A DNA stretch of 64,000 nucleotides from Eubacteriales bacterium (GCA_045598385.1 JAZLLY010000019.1:1205-65204); one strand, 5' to 3'. Shown: positions 46,801-55,919, counted from the first letter of the stretch. Notes: a model not told the origin generated them from the letters alone. Translations and numbers: made by a program.

Positions 46801-47227
46801 TGGCAAGATATTTAACGCGGATGTAGTAGAGCCCCGCCTGTTCATCCGTAAAATTGATCTTCCAGGTGACGGAACCCGCGTCGGAAAGATACACGGAATC
46901 CGCGTCGCCGGCGTCCGCGAACATATTTTTTTCGAAGTTGTAAAGACGGTCGGCATCCGTTTTGCTGACGATATTGTCATTCTCCGTAATGGGGACCTCA
47001 ATCACGCCGTCTGTCTCCGCCGTGTAATCCACGTCACCGTGATATTGTGCGTAGTAATCGGCGTACGAAGAAGCACCGAGGTACGTCTTCATCTCATTCA
47101 GAGCTTCGTCGCGGATTTTGTTATTCACCGCGGACGTCTCTGCCGCCACGCTCACCCCCGTCATGCCGAACAGAAGCATGATGGCAAGCGCAAAGCAAAG
47201 AATTCTCCGGCATTTGTTTCCTGACAT
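43892..47227 (-). CDS. Giant (1111-aa) extracellular solute-binding protein: ~600-aa N-terminal beta-rich module plus C-terminal family-1 SBP
   Basis: Signal peptide after MSGNKCRR. C-terminal ~480 aa has a typical sugar-SBP pattern (DVWLASG...PDVYLGLG...). GGAGGAG RBS before ATG 47227. Confidence 0.8.
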   Translation of the reverse strand: MSGNKCRRILCFALAIMLLFGMTGVSVAAETSAVNNKIRDEALNEMKTYLGASSYADYYAQYHGDVDYTAETDGVIEVPITENDNIVSKTDADRLYNFEKNMFADAGDADSVYLSDAGSVTWKINFTDEQAGLYYIRVKYLAMSADNGGTSSIERKLLINGTIPFTEANSLRFAKSCALSNSVVTEAPADSEIGITYELGDNGYVKKRVYLENGKKMLETSTISEDINGNSMLPDIVTEPDRWMTAYLQDSTGYTQGYFEFYFANGDYQLTLQAEREAMLVKSIELVPVGDSSAKIPTYAEYQANHAGDSAVTTGQFTMIQAEFPDYVSDTSVYPTNDNTSVCTSPVVSNAQLYNVIGENSYSTVGQFAAYNFSVSESGMYKFAMRYKQDALQGMYICRTVKLAGGEYGETPTVPFAEAYDAQFNYDDEWQSSFVGNRDTVFEFYFEKDVVYTLYLECSLGSLKDLIARAETSLANINADYLRILQLTGADPDEYRDYGFVSIMPDVLVSLLDEGIELATIADEFEKLCGTKGSHIATLDTIAELLDRMGQDEGYEIARNLDNLKSNLGTLGTWINDSKKSSMMVDSIAVVSADEGEDFLKENMRAKAGFFKSLWFEIRSFISSFFVDYDVMGLTKEPDEDTTTIDVWLASGRDQSQIWRTMIDAKGGFTDSTGVAVTLKLVTGGTLLPSILSGKGPDVYLGLGSADVINYAIRDAVLGINGADKRLSDEENAVFTTTYYTYRDGNDYVNETTLRTDGSELLFTTLPFDEVIGPADDPNFVQAAMDTVTLMDVSYGIPMSMSFAMMFYRADVLASDELGCEHIPETWSDLLALLPALQANNMSIGVSYGSAIDFLLYQMGGNMWKYTDKDEYDSKYAGAKIGLDTDIAYESFDFVCRLYTDYSFPVSYDAANRFRTGEMPILIGDYATIYNQLVVFATEIDGLWTFCPLPGWKEGGTVNYDSLAGVSATVMLHGCEDTLAAWQFIQWQTGESTQANYGNKMVALIGPSAKYESANIKAITHLSWSASELRAIMDQIDHMSSVVNYPGSYIISRYTKFAFLDAKNNGTDPVDALRQYVDAINAEIKRKREEFDLEVLDPDEEPPKLDASAGN

Positions 47228-47404
47228 AGTATCTCCTCCCGGGATCGCTCCCGTTAATAAAATATACATATATTACTCGTGCGTAGCACACCGTGATAAA
47301 TTATATCATAAAACGGTGCTCAAAGTCAATGACGCGATGAAAAAGAAAAATGCTTTCCGTGCCAAAAACTCAAGCCCGTTTTTGTGCAAAAGTGACAAAA
47401 ACGG

Positions 47405-47450
47405 ACAAAAAAAGAGTGCGCCCGCGGCAAGCAAAACGCCGCGGGCGCAC
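47405..47450 (-). terminator. Intrinsic terminator after nifU
   Basis: 13-bp stem GTGCGCCCGCGGC/GCCGCGGGCGCAC, followed on the minus strand by a T-run. Confidence 0.85.
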
Positions 47451-47470
47451 AGACAGTCGGCATAGACGTG

Positions 47471-47896
47471 TCAGGAGTCTTCCCCCGTCTTCGTCTCGCT
47501 CTCCATCGGAAAGTCGATCGGTCTTCCTATCTTCTTATAATAATCGGCGACGGCGCTCTTCACCGCTTCCTCCGCCAGAACAGAACAATGGATCTTCACG
47601 GGAGGCAGACCGTCGAGGGCTTCGACGACCGCTTTGTTGGTCAGGGTGAGCGCCTCTTTGACGGTATGACCTTTGATCAGTTCCGTCGCCATCGAGGACG
47701 TGGCGATGGCGGCGCCGCATCCGAAGGTCTTGAACTTGCAGTCGGTGATGACGTCGTTTTCGTCGATCTCAAGATACATTTTCATGATGTCGCCGCACTT
47801 GGCGTTTCCGACGACGCCGACGCCCTGCGCGTTTTCGATCTCACCCACATTGCGCGGGTGCATGAAATGGTCCATGACTTTTTCGCTGTATTGCAT
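47471..47896 (-). CDS. nifU: Fe-S cluster assembly scaffold NifU/IscU
   Basis: GNAKCGD, FKTFGCGAAIA and IHCSVLA motifs. Confidence 0.93.
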   Translation of the reverse strand: MQYSEKVMDHFMHPRNVGEIENAQGVGVVGNAKCGDIMKMYLEIDENDVITDCKFKTFGCGAAIATSSMATELIKGHTVKEALTLTNKAVVEALDGLPPVKIHCSVLAEEAVKSAVADYYKKIGRPIDFPMESETKTGEDS

Positions 47897-47911
47897 ACTG
47901 TTTTCCTCGGA

Positions 47912-49096
47912 TTATTGATTTTTTTCGGATCGGACGACACTCTCCCAGAGCGGGCTCATGTCACGCAGACGCGCGACGACGGGCGGCACGTTTTCGAGGA
48001 TATAGTCTATGTCTTCATCCGTGGTCTCGTGAGAAATGGAAAGACGCAGGGATCCGTGCGCTTTTTCGTGCGGGACGCCGATCGCCAAAAGGACGTGCGA
48101 CGGCTCAAGCGATTCCGACGAGCAGGCAGAGCCCGTGGAGGCGCAGATGCCCGCCATGTCCAGAAGCAAAAGCATACTCTCGCCCTCGATGCACTCGAAG
48201 CCGATATTGACGTTGCCCGGCAGGCGCTTTTCGCGGTGACCGTTGAGTTTGGAATAAGGTATCTTCAGAAGCCCATCGATCAGACGGTCGCGCATGGCGG
48301 CGACGCGGGCAAGATCGGGGAGCTGTTCTTCCGCGGCCTCGAGCGCCCTCGCAAGTCCGACTATATAAGGAAGATTTTCGGTTCCGCCGCGCTTTCTTCT
48401 CTCCTGTCCGCCGCCGTCGATCAGATTGTCGATAAAGACGCCTTTGCGGATGAAGAGCATACCGATGCCTTTCGGCGCGTGGAGCTTATGTCCCGACAGG
48501 GAGAGCATATCGACTTTGAGCTTTGACAGGTCGATCTTCACGTTTCCGACCGCCTGGACCGCGTCGGTGAACATCAGAGCGCCTTTTTCGTGGGCGATCT
48601 CTGTGATCTCTTCGATGGGTTCGATCGTGCCGATCTCGTTGTTCGCAAACATGACGGCGACGATCGCGGTCTTTTCATCGACTGCCGCTCTGATCTCGTC
48701 CATATTGACGACGCCGTCGGCGTCCACACCGACGTAAGTGACGGTGAAACCCTCTTTTTCCAGCGCCTGACAGGTGTAAAGCACCGCGTGATGCTCGATC
48801 GCGGTGCTGACGATGTGCGTCCTGCCCTTGGCTTTCATACGGTGCGCCGCACCCTTGATCGCCCAGTTGTCCGACTCGCTCCCGCAGGAGGTGAAATAGA
48901 TCTCGTCGGGACGGCAGGAAAAGACGCCGGCGATACGCGCTCTGGCGTCATCGAGCAGTTTTTTCGCTTCTCTGCCCTTGCCGTGCAGACTCGAGGGATT
49001 GCCCCACGCCGTTTCAAAGCAGGGCTTCATGGCTTCTATGACTTCGGCGCTGACGGGCGTCGTCGCCGCATTATCCGCATATACGAATCTTTCCAT
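47912..49096 (-). CDS. nifS: Cysteine desulfurase NifS/IscS
   Basis: [19 protein letters not shown] (PLP lysine) and GSACSS active-site loop. ATG at 49096. Confidence 0.93.
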   Translation of the reverse strand: MERFVYADNAATTPVSAEVIEAMKPCFETAWGNPSSLHGKGREAKKLLDDARARIAGVFSCRPDEIYFTSCGSESDNWAIKGAAHRMKAKGRTHIVSTAIEHHAVLYTCQALEKEGFTVTYVGVDADGVVNMDEIRAAVDEKTAIVAVMFANNEIGTIEPIEEITEIAHEKGALMFTDAVQAVGNVKIDLSKLKVDMLSLSGHKLHAPKGIGMLFIRKGVFIDNLIDGGGQERRKRGGTENLPYIVGLARALEAAEEQLPDLARVAAMRDRLIDGLLKIPYSKLNGHREKRLPGNVNIGFECIEGESMLLLLDMAGICASTGSACSSESLEPSHVLLAIGVPHEKAHGSLRLSISHETTDEDIDYILENVPPVVARLRDMSPLWESVVRSEKNQ

Positions 49097-49207
49097 ATCG
49101 GACCTTCTTTCTTTCGTTCGGTCTATTTTATACCATTTTCGTGTAGATTGCAAGCGTAATCGAAAAAATATTTGAATTTGCGCCGACTTTTTTTCGTCTT
49201 TTCTCCC

Positions 49208-49236
49208 TTGACACCGCCGTCAAAGCGTGATAAAAT
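49208..49236 (+). promoter_or_regulatory. Sigma-A-type promoter (TTGACA-17-TAAAAT) for the ROK kinase gene
   Basis: Hexamers at 49208-49213 and 49231-49236. Confidence 0.5.
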
Positions 49237-49267
49237 GAAGCCGTTGCCGAAACGAAAGGAGCATACT

Positions 49268-50233
49268 ATGTTTACACTCGGTGTTGACCTCGGCGGTACC
49301 AATATCGCCATCGGTCTTTGCGACGACGACCTGAAGATCGTCGATAAGGATTCGGTTCCCACGTTAGCCAGAAGAGACGGCGAACTCATCGTGAAAGATA
49401 TGGCGGCGCTCGCCGCGAAGATCCTTGAGCGCAACCGCCTTACGCCCGACGACATCGCTTACGTCGGCATCGCCACGCCCGGTATGGCGAATACCGCGAC
49501 CGGCGTCGTCGAATATACCAACAATCTGCCTTTTATTGATTTCCCGATCGCGGCGCTCTTCCAAAAGTATCTGCCCGTGAAAAAAGTGCTCATCGCCAAC
49601 GACGCCAACGCGGCGGCGCTCGGTGAATCCCTCGCCGGCTCTGCCGTCGGTGTCGGAAGCTGTATCATGGTCACGCTCGGAACGGGTGTCGGCGGCGGCA
49701 TCATCCTGGACGGAAAGATCTTTGCCGGCGGGCTCAATTTCGCGGGTGCCGAACTCGGCCACACCGTCATCGTCGAGGGCGGACGCCCCTGCTCCTGCGG
49801 CAGACGCGGCTGCTGGGAAGCGTATTCCTCCGCCACCGCGCTCACCCAGATGACCAAAGAAAAGGTCGAACAGCTCCGCATCCTCGGTATCCCCTCGGCA
49901 CTCCTCACGGAAGCCGAAAAAGAGGGGAAAGTCTCCGCCAGGACCGCTTTCAACGCCATGCGCGCCGGAGACGTTTACGGAAAAGAGATCGTGGACGCCT
50001 ATATCCGCTATCTCGCAACCGGCATCGTCAATATGATCAACATTTTCCAGCCCGAGGTGCTCTGCATCGGCGGCGGTATCTGCAATGAAAAAGAATATCT
50101 GACCGAACCGCTGAAAAAGATCGTGGATACCGAACAGTATACCCGAATCAATAAAAAGAAAACCGCTATCGTTACCGCCAAACTCGGAAACGACGCCGGT
50201 ATCATCGGTGCCGCCGGTCTCGGCAGACTCTGA
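49268..50233 (+). CDS. ROK-family glucokinase
   Basis: LGVDLGGTNIAIG, GELGH and CSCGRRGCWE zinc motif. AAGGAG RBS before ATG 49268. Confidence 0.88.
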   Translation: MFTLGVDLGGTNIAIGLCDDDLKIVDKDSVPTLARRDGELIVKDMAALAAKILERNRLTPDDIAYVGIATPGMANTATGVVEYTNNLPFIDFPIAALFQKYLPVKKVLIANDANAAALGESLAGSAVGVGSCIMVTLGTGVGGGIILDGKIFAGGLNFAGAELGHTVIVEGGRPCSCGRRGCWEAYSSATALTQMTKEKVEQLRILGIPSALLTEAEKEGKVSARTAFNAMRAGDVYGKEIVDAYIRYLATGIVNMINIFQPEVLCIGGGICNEKEYLTEPLKKIVDTEQYTRINKKKTAIVTAKLGNDAGIIGAAGLGRL

Positions 50234-50364
50234 TCCCATATTTTTGATGTGAAAGCGCCGAAGCATAAACGCTTCGACGCTTTTATTTTCCGACGGCGCG
50301 AACGCCGCGTTGACTTCCCGCCGCAGTTATAGTATATTGTATAAAAACGAGAAACCCGGAGGAA

Positions 50365-51195
50365 ATGACTGCCGCCATGCCCGACACCGTGAAAAAAGAA
50401 GACTACGAAGAGCCCCGCTGTCCGCTCGATATGCACCCCGAGGTCGATCCGATCCCGCTGCGAAGAATGACCGAAAAACTCGACGCTTATCTCGCGAAAA
50501 ACGACTTTGCCGGAGCGGAGCGCCATCTCGAATATTGGAGAAAAGAGGCGCAGTCCGGGAACGATTTGCGCGGAGAACTGGCGGTACTGAACGAAATGAT
50601 CGGACTTTTCCGCAAAACGGAAAAAGAGGCGGCGTGTCTTTCGGCGATCGCCGACGCGCTCTCCCTTTCGGAGCGAGCGGGGATGAAAGAGACCGTGACT
50701 TACGGGACGACGCTCATCAACGCCGCCACCGGTTACAAGGCGTTCGGGAAAACCGCCGATGCCCTGCCCCTTTACAGAGAGGCGGCGAAGATCTACGAGA
50801 CGTATCTCGACGCCGCCGACGGCAGACGCGGCGGACTGTATAACAACATGGCGCTGACACTCGCCGAACTCGGGTTTTACGCGGAAGCGAAAGACCTTTA
50901 CGGCAAGGCGATCGGGGTGATGGAAAAGCAGGAGAACGGCGCGCTCGAAGTCGCCGTCACCCATCTCAATCTCGCCGACCTTGCCGCCGCCGAGCAGGGG
51001 CTCGAGGAAGGGGCGGAAGAAATCGAAATGCACGTCAAAAAAGCGGAAGATCTGCTCCTTTCCGGCGCGTTTCCGAACAACGGTCATACCGCTTTCATAT
51101 TTGAGAAGTGCGCACCCGTGTTCAGTTATTACGGTCACTTCTTCACCGAAAACGAACTTGGGAGGAGGATAAAAGAGATCCGTGAGAGGACTTGA
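50365..51195 (+). CDS. Tetratricopeptide-repeat protein
   Basis: Repeated A..LY..A..IYE-like helical pairs. 276 aa. Start codon choice is uncertain (50365 or 50377). Confidence 0.7.
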   Translation: MTAAMPDTVKKEDYEEPRCPLDMHPEVDPIPLRRMTEKLDAYLAKNDFAGAERHLEYWRKEAQSGNDLRGELAVLNEMIGLFRKTEKEAACLSAIADALSLSERAGMKETVTYGTTLINAATGYKAFGKTADALPLYREAAKIYETYLDAADGRRGGLYNNMALTLAELGFYAEAKDLYGKAIGVMEKQENGALEVAVTHLNLADLAAAEQGLEEGAEEIEMHVKKAEDLLLSGAFPNNGHTAFIFEKCAPVFSYYGHFFTENELGRRIKEIRERT

Positions 51196-52132
51196 ACTTT
51201 CCAGAGGATATTACGAAGCGTTCGGAAAACCGATGCTCGAAAACGACTTTCCCGACCTTTTGCCGTATCTTGCCGTCGGATTCGTCGGCAGCGGTTCGGA
51301 GCATTACGGCTTTGACGACGAAGTCTCCCGCGATCACGATTTTGAGCCGGGATTCTGCATTTTTCTGCCCGGTGAAGACATCGTGGACCGTAAGGCGGCG
51401 TTTCGCCTCGAGCGCGCCTACGCCAAACTGCCGAAAGAGTTCGGCGGCGTTTCCCGTCTTGCCGTCTCTCCCGTCGGCGGCAACCGAAACGGCGTGATCC
51501 GCACTGCGGATTTTTACCTGCGGGCGGTCGGTGAAAAAGACGGGGCACTTTCTCTGAAGGAATGGCTCACTCTGCCCGATTACGCGTTGGCGGAAGCCGT
51601 CAACGGCGACGTGTTTTACGACGGTTACGGGGAGTTCTCGAAGATCCGCGAAAATCTCGTGCTGATGCCCGAGGACGTCAGACGCAAAAGGATCGCCGGT
51701 AATCTTCTCATCATGGCACAAGCGGGACAGTATAATTTTCCCCGCTGTATTTCTCACCGGGAATACGAAGCGGCGCAGCTCGCCTCTTTGAAGTTCGTCA
51801 ACGCCGCCGTGAAAACGGCGTTCCTGCTTCAGCACCGTTACGCTCCTTATTACAAGTGGTCGTTCCGCGCACTCCGGGAACTTTACGGCATGGAGTCCTA
51901 CGCCGAAAAACTGTCCCGGCTTCTTTTCCGTGACTGTCGCGATACCGCCGCCGCGCAAGCCAACTCTGACGGCATCGAAGAGATCGCCTCCGACACGATC
52001 GCCCTCCTGCAAGAGGAAGATCTCACCGACGCGATCTGCGGCGATCTTGAAAAACACGCCTATTCCGTCAACGATAAGATCGCCGACGGATCGCTCCGTA
52101 ACATGAGCATTCTGGCAGCGGTCAGCGAGTAA
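51182..52132 (+). CDS. DUF4037-like (nucleotidyltransferase-fold) protein
   Basis: N-terminus GLELSRGYYEAFGKPMLENDFPDLLPYLAVGFVGSGSEHYGFDDEVSRDHDFEPGFC matches my recollection of DUF4037. GTG start overlaps the TPR gene by 14 nt. Confidence 0.7.
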   Translation: MRGLELSRGYYEAFGKPMLENDFPDLLPYLAVGFVGSGSEHYGFDDEVSRDHDFEPGFCIFLPGEDIVDRKAAFRLERAYAKLPKEFGGVSRLAVSPVGGNRNGVIRTADFYLRAVGEKDGALSLKEWLTLPDYALAEAVNGDVFYDGYGEFSKIRENLVLMPEDVRRKRIAGNLLIMAQAGQYNFPRCISHREYEAAQLASLKFVNAAVKTAFLLQHRYAPYYKWSFRALRELYGMESYAEKLSRLLFRDCRDTAAAQANSDGIEEIASDTIALLQEEDLTDAICGDLEKHAYSVNDKIADGSLRNMSILAAVSE

Positions 52133-52250
52133 TTCGATATACAACGTCGGCAGACGGCATAAACGCCGCATCGTGAACGCCACAGGGCACGGGGCCATTC
52201 CGGATCTCGTGAAAGCACGGCCGATCGTCAATACCGGCAACCGAAACAAA

Positions 52251-52289
52251 AGCCGCGGGAATCAACGGTTCCCGCGGCTGTCTTTTTTT
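52251..52289 (+). terminator. Intrinsic terminator
   Basis: AGCCGCGGGAA / TTCCCGCGGCT stem followed by GTC and T7. Confidence 0.8.
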
Positions 52290-52378
52290 ATTTCGGAAAA
52301 TCGGACTTTGCATACGAATGTCGTTTTTGTCGGCGGAAGACGGGGGACGCGGCGTGTTTTCACGAAAAAAACAAAGTA

Positions 52379-53059
52379 TCAGTCTCGCACGTCTTCGGCT
52401 TTGGGTTCGACGACGTCGTTTTCCGGGACGGGCTTCGGCGAAGTTTTCCCGCCCGGGAGTTTCGGTACGTGAAGTCCCGCCCACAGAAAAATAATGACCT
52501 GTGCCGGGGCACCGAGAATAAAGACGAGCCACAGATAATCAAAAGGGGCGATCTTCAAAAACGAAAGATAGACAGAGAGCAAAATCGACCATATCAGCGT
52601 GGTAATAAACACAAAATTACGGCGGCGGCGTCCCCATATCGCGTTGAAGACGAGCAGGACGACCGAGCAGGCGGGAATCGAATAGATATAGACGAGCCAG
52701 TTCGGAAACACCGACGTGGGAGATGTGATCTGCATCATAACGAAAATGAACGTGGCGATCAGCCAGACGAGGGAAGCCGCGAGCAGGGTGATGATAAAAC
52801 GGTTTCGCCGTTCCGCCGCGGAGGTGGGGGCGTCGTTTCTCTCCTCGTGGGATTCCGAAAGGAGATAATCCACGGAAACGCCGAAATAATCCGCGATCTC
52901 TTTCAGAACGAAGACGTCGGGGACGGATTCGGCGCGTTCCCATTTGGAAACGGCTTTGTCGGAATAATTCAGCACTTCCCCGAGCGCACTCTGCGACATC
53001 TTCGCGGAGACGCGAAGCGCGTTTATATTCTTGGCGACGGCGGCTTTCAGATCTTTCAT
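52379..53059 (-). CDS. XRE-family HTH regulator fused to a 4-5 TM membrane domain
   Basis: MSQSALGEVLNYSDKAVSKWERAESVPDVFVLKEIADYFGVSVDYLL is a Cro/C1 HTH. Hydrophobic C-terminal half. ATG at 53059. Confidence 0.8.
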   Translation of the reverse strand: MKDLKAAVAKNINALRVSAKMSQSALGEVLNYSDKAVSKWERAESVPDVFVLKEIADYFGVSVDYLLSESHEERNDAPTSAAERRNRFIITLLAASLVWLIATFIFVMMQITSPTSVFPNWLVYIYSIPACSVVLLVFNAIWGRRRRNFVFITTLIWSILLSVYLSFLKIAPFDYLWLVFILGAPAQVIIFLWAGLHVPKLPGGKTSPKPVPENDVVEPKAEDVRD

Positions 53060-53127
53060 TTCATGCCTCGATACCGTTTTTTCTTTATTATAGCCCCAAA
53101 GGAGACTTTTGTCAAGAGCCATTTTGC

Positions 53128-53148
53128 TATTCTACTGACAGTAGAATA
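53128..53148. promoter_or_regulatory. Perfect 21-bp palindrome, candidate operator of the XRE regulator
   Basis: TATTCTACTG-A-CAGTAGAATA, 69 nt upstream of the XRE start in the divergent intergenic region. Confidence 0.55.
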
Positions 53149-53309
53149 TGGGATACAGGCGGTAGAATCCGCTCGTTTTCTTCTCTACCGGCGAAAGAAC
53201 CGACGGTAGAGAGCAGGGAAACGAAGCGTAGAGGACCAAACCCTGACGGTAGGGTGACAATCGAACGGAGCGTGGGTAAAATAGAACCGTAAGACGAAAG
53301 GAGACGAAA

Positions 53310-53996
53310 ATGAACAAACTTCTGATCTACGGTGACTCGATCCTGCGAGGCATCACCTATTCCGAAGAACTCGGAAAACATAAACTCTGTGAGAATTATA
53401 AACTGCCGAAAATCCAAGCGATGGGCTATGACATCCGCAACCACTCCCGCATGGGGGCGACGGTCGGGCGGGGGTACGATATTCTCTGCGGGAATCTTCA
53501 AGAATGTGAAGCGGGGGACACCGTACTTTTTGAGTACGGCGGAAACGACTGCGATTACGACTGGGCGGCGATCTCCGAGGATCCCTCCGGGTCTTTTCTT
53601 CCGCACACGCCGGAGGATACTTTCATAGAGACGCTGGAAGCGGCGATCAACACGGTCAGAAAGCGCGGTGCCCGCGCGATGCTTGCCACGCTCATCCCCG
53701 TGGACAGCGAAAAATATCTTTCGTGGATCACGAAAGACCGCTCCTACGAGAATATTTACGGTTGGCTCGGCGATACGTCGATGCTCTACCGTTTTCAGGA
53801 GCATTACAACCGTCTGGTGGAGGAAACCGCGCGGTCGCTTTCCTGCCCTATCGTGGATTTTCGCGGGACGTTTCTTCTCTCCCACCGCTATCGGGATCTG
53901 ATGGCAAAAGACGGCATCCACCCGACCGAAGAGGGTCACGCGATCGTGGAGGATTTGATTCTCGACGCGCTCGGCGGTGCTGTCTATGCGGGTTGA
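53310..53996 (+). CDS. SGNH/GDSL hydrolase family protein
   Basis: LIYGDSILRG block I, GGND block III and DGIHPTEEGH block V. AAGGAG RBS. Confidence 0.8.
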   Translation: MNKLLIYGDSILRGITYSEELGKHKLCENYKLPKIQAMGYDIRNHSRMGATVGRGYDILCGNLQECEAGDTVLFEYGGNDCDYDWAAISEDPSGSFLPHTPEDTFIETLEAAINTVRKRGARAMLATLIPVDSEKYLSWITKDRSYENIYGWLGDTSMLYRFQEHYNRLVEETARSLSCPIVDFRGTFLLSHRYRDLMAKDGIHPTEEGHAIVEDLILDALGGAVYAG

Positions 53997-54117
53997 GTGA
54001 CAAAAACGGAAGATGGCAGAGCGCGGCTTTTCCTGACATAAAACACGCAGACGCGGTATGGCGCGGGCGGGCTTGGGCTCGCCCGTTTTTCTTTTTTTCG
54101 GCAAAATATCCGGCATC

Positions 54118-54146
54118 TTGACAAAACGCGCGCTTCGGTGTATAAT
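54118..54146 (+). promoter_or_regulatory. Sigma-A-type promoter (TTGACA-17-TATAAT) for the lipoprotein gene
   Basis: Hexamers at 54118-54123 and 54141-54146. Confidence 0.55.
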
Positions 54147-54176
54147 GATATGGACAATCTATAGGAGGATTTCAAT

Positions 54177-55226
54177 ATGAAAAAGACACTGACACTGGCT
54201 CTTCTTCTCCTGCTCGTTCTGGCGACGGCATTCGCGTTTTCTTCCTGCGACGAGGGTCAAGAAGAAGATGATACGACACTCTACAAGCTGAACATCAAAG
54301 TCACCGGTTACGACGCCCCCGTGACCGTCACCGGCGCGGCTTTCCCCGAGGATGAGGAAGGCGAACTCGTCGAGACCCCCTTCTCCGTTTCCGTAAACGG
54401 TAACGCGGCATACGTCGGCGAGTACCTCTATCAGACGCGCATTGACCTTTCGGCTCCGAAGATCGAGGGTTACAAGTTCATGGGCTGGTACGATGAAAAC
54501 GGACAGCTCTGCGGTCTTCCCTCCGACTTCGACTACTGGAACATGACGCAAAGAGATTGCGTCGTCGAGGCCCGCTATCAAAAATGGACCTATAACGTCA
54601 GTTTCCGCTTTTTGGAGGACGACGAAAACAACCCCAATACCGTTACGAAGTACTGCCCGATCGACGACGCCGGAGTGACGCTCCTGCCCGCGACGACGAC
54701 CAACGCGCACAAGCACTTCGAAAGATGGGAATACTGGACTGCCAAGGAAGTGAACGGCGAAAACGTTACGGAATGGGTACCCCTGACGACGCTTCCGAAA
54801 GATTTCACCGAAGATTGCATCGACGTGCAGGCGGTGTTTGTGTACGACACCTACAACATCACTTTCGCGTTTGAAGAAGAAGTAGACCCCGAAACGACGA
54901 ACGTTCTCGACTATGCGACCGCCTGTGAGAGCATCACGCTTAAAGGCAATCTGACGACAATCAACGGCGAGCCCGTACTCTGCGAGTTCGGTTCGGAACC
55001 CGTCGGCGTGACGCCCGACGACGAGATCAGAACGACCTACGGCAGTTGGATTGATATGTTCTTCGTGCCGAAAGAAGGGTATCGCTTCTTCTACTGCAAG
55101 CTCAACGGGGAAAGATTCGACTACTCGATGCCCGAAGACGGCAAAACGCATATCGCGTTTGACGGCGGTGACATAACCGAAGACACCGTGATCACGTTCG
55201 TGCTCTCGGACGCGATCCCGGAATAA
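54177..55226 (+). CDS. Lipoprotein with Listeria-Bacteroides (InlB B-repeat-like) repeats
   Basis: Lipobox AFSSC and acidic linker. GYKFMGWYDENG and HFERWEY are typical of the repeat. AGGAGG RBS. Confidence 0.75.
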   Translation: MKKTLTLALLLLLVLATAFAFSSCDEGQEEDDTTLYKLNIKVTGYDAPVTVTGAAFPEDEEGELVETPFSVSVNGNAAYVGEYLYQTRIDLSAPKIEGYKFMGWYDENGQLCGLPSDFDYWNMTQRDCVVEARYQKWTYNVSFRFLEDDENNPNTVTKYCPIDDAGVTLLPATTTNAHKHFERWEYWTAKEVNGENVTEWVPLTTLPKDFTEDCIDVQAVFVYDTYNITFAFEEEVDPETTNVLDYATACESITLKGNLTTINGEPVLCEFGSEPVGVTPDDEIRTTYGSWIDMFFVPKEGYRFFYCKLNGERFDYSMPEDGKTHIAFDGGDITEDTVITFVLSDAIPE

Positions 55227-55295
55227 TATTACCCGGAGAAATATAAAAAGCAGAAATAACAAAATCCCGCGGGGATCTTCCCCAAAAAACAAAGC

Positions 55296-55330
55296 AAGGA
55301 CAGAAAGTCGATTGGCTTTCTGTCCTTTTT
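55296..55330 (+). terminator. Intrinsic terminator
   Basis: AAGGACAGAAAG / CTTTCTGTCCTT 12-bp stem followed by a T-run. Confidence 0.8.
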
Positions 55331-55421
55331 CCGATGATGCCGTTTTTCGGGAGGCTGACGCTCCCGCGCCGTTTCAGGAAAGCACTCTTTTGCGGCTTTC
55401 CGCGAAAAATGCCGAAGTGCC

Positions 55422-55919
55422 TCAGATTTCCCCGTGGGAGAGCAAAATCTCTCCGTCACGGATCGTGAGGACGCCGAATGACGGCTCGCCGTCGCGGGGC
55501 TCGCCGATGCTCCCGGGATTGAAAAGATAAAAAGGATGATCACCGCTCTCGTAATGCAGATACGGCTCGTGGGTATGCCCGAACAATACCACATCCGCGC
55601 CGCGTTCCTCGGCAAGATAGGAAAGTCTGTCAACCGTATATTTGACGCTGTACAGGTCGCCGTGGGTGAAGACGATCTTCTTCCTTTCAAGGACGACTTC
55701 ATCGGTTTTTCCGATCGGCGTGCCGTCCATCACCGACGTGAAATCGCAGTTGCCACGCACGGCAAAATAGGTATGATCGGGAAAACTCTGTCGGATTCCC
55801 TCGATGTCACGGATGCCGTCACCGAGAAAAAAGACGACGTCGGCGTCCGGATGCATCCGCAATACCCGCGTCATTCCCTCCGTCCTGCCGTGGCTGTCCG
55901 AAAATATGATACCTTTCAT
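55422..55919 (-). CDS. YfcE/MJ0936-family metallophosphoesterase
   Basis: SDSHG, LGDG, GNCD and GHTH motifs. ATG at 55919 with GAGGTG RBS. Confidence 0.85.
   Translation of the reverse strand: MKGIIFSDSHGRTEGMTRVLRMHPDADVVFFLGDGIRDIEGIRQSFPDHTYFAVRGNCDFTSVMDGTPIGKTDEVVLERKKIVFTHGDLYSVKYTVDRLSYLAEERGADVVLFGHTHEPYLHYESGDHPFYLFNPGSIGEPRDGEPSFGVLTIRDGEILLSHGEI

Noticed and set aside
53150-53309. T-box or other riboswitch leader upstream of the GDSL hydrolase
   Set aside because: No specifier-loop or T-box sequence (AATTAGGGTGGTACCGCG-like) is present, and the downstream gene is not an aminoacyl-tRNA-related function. The repeated GTAGA motifs fit protein operators or dispersed repeats better.
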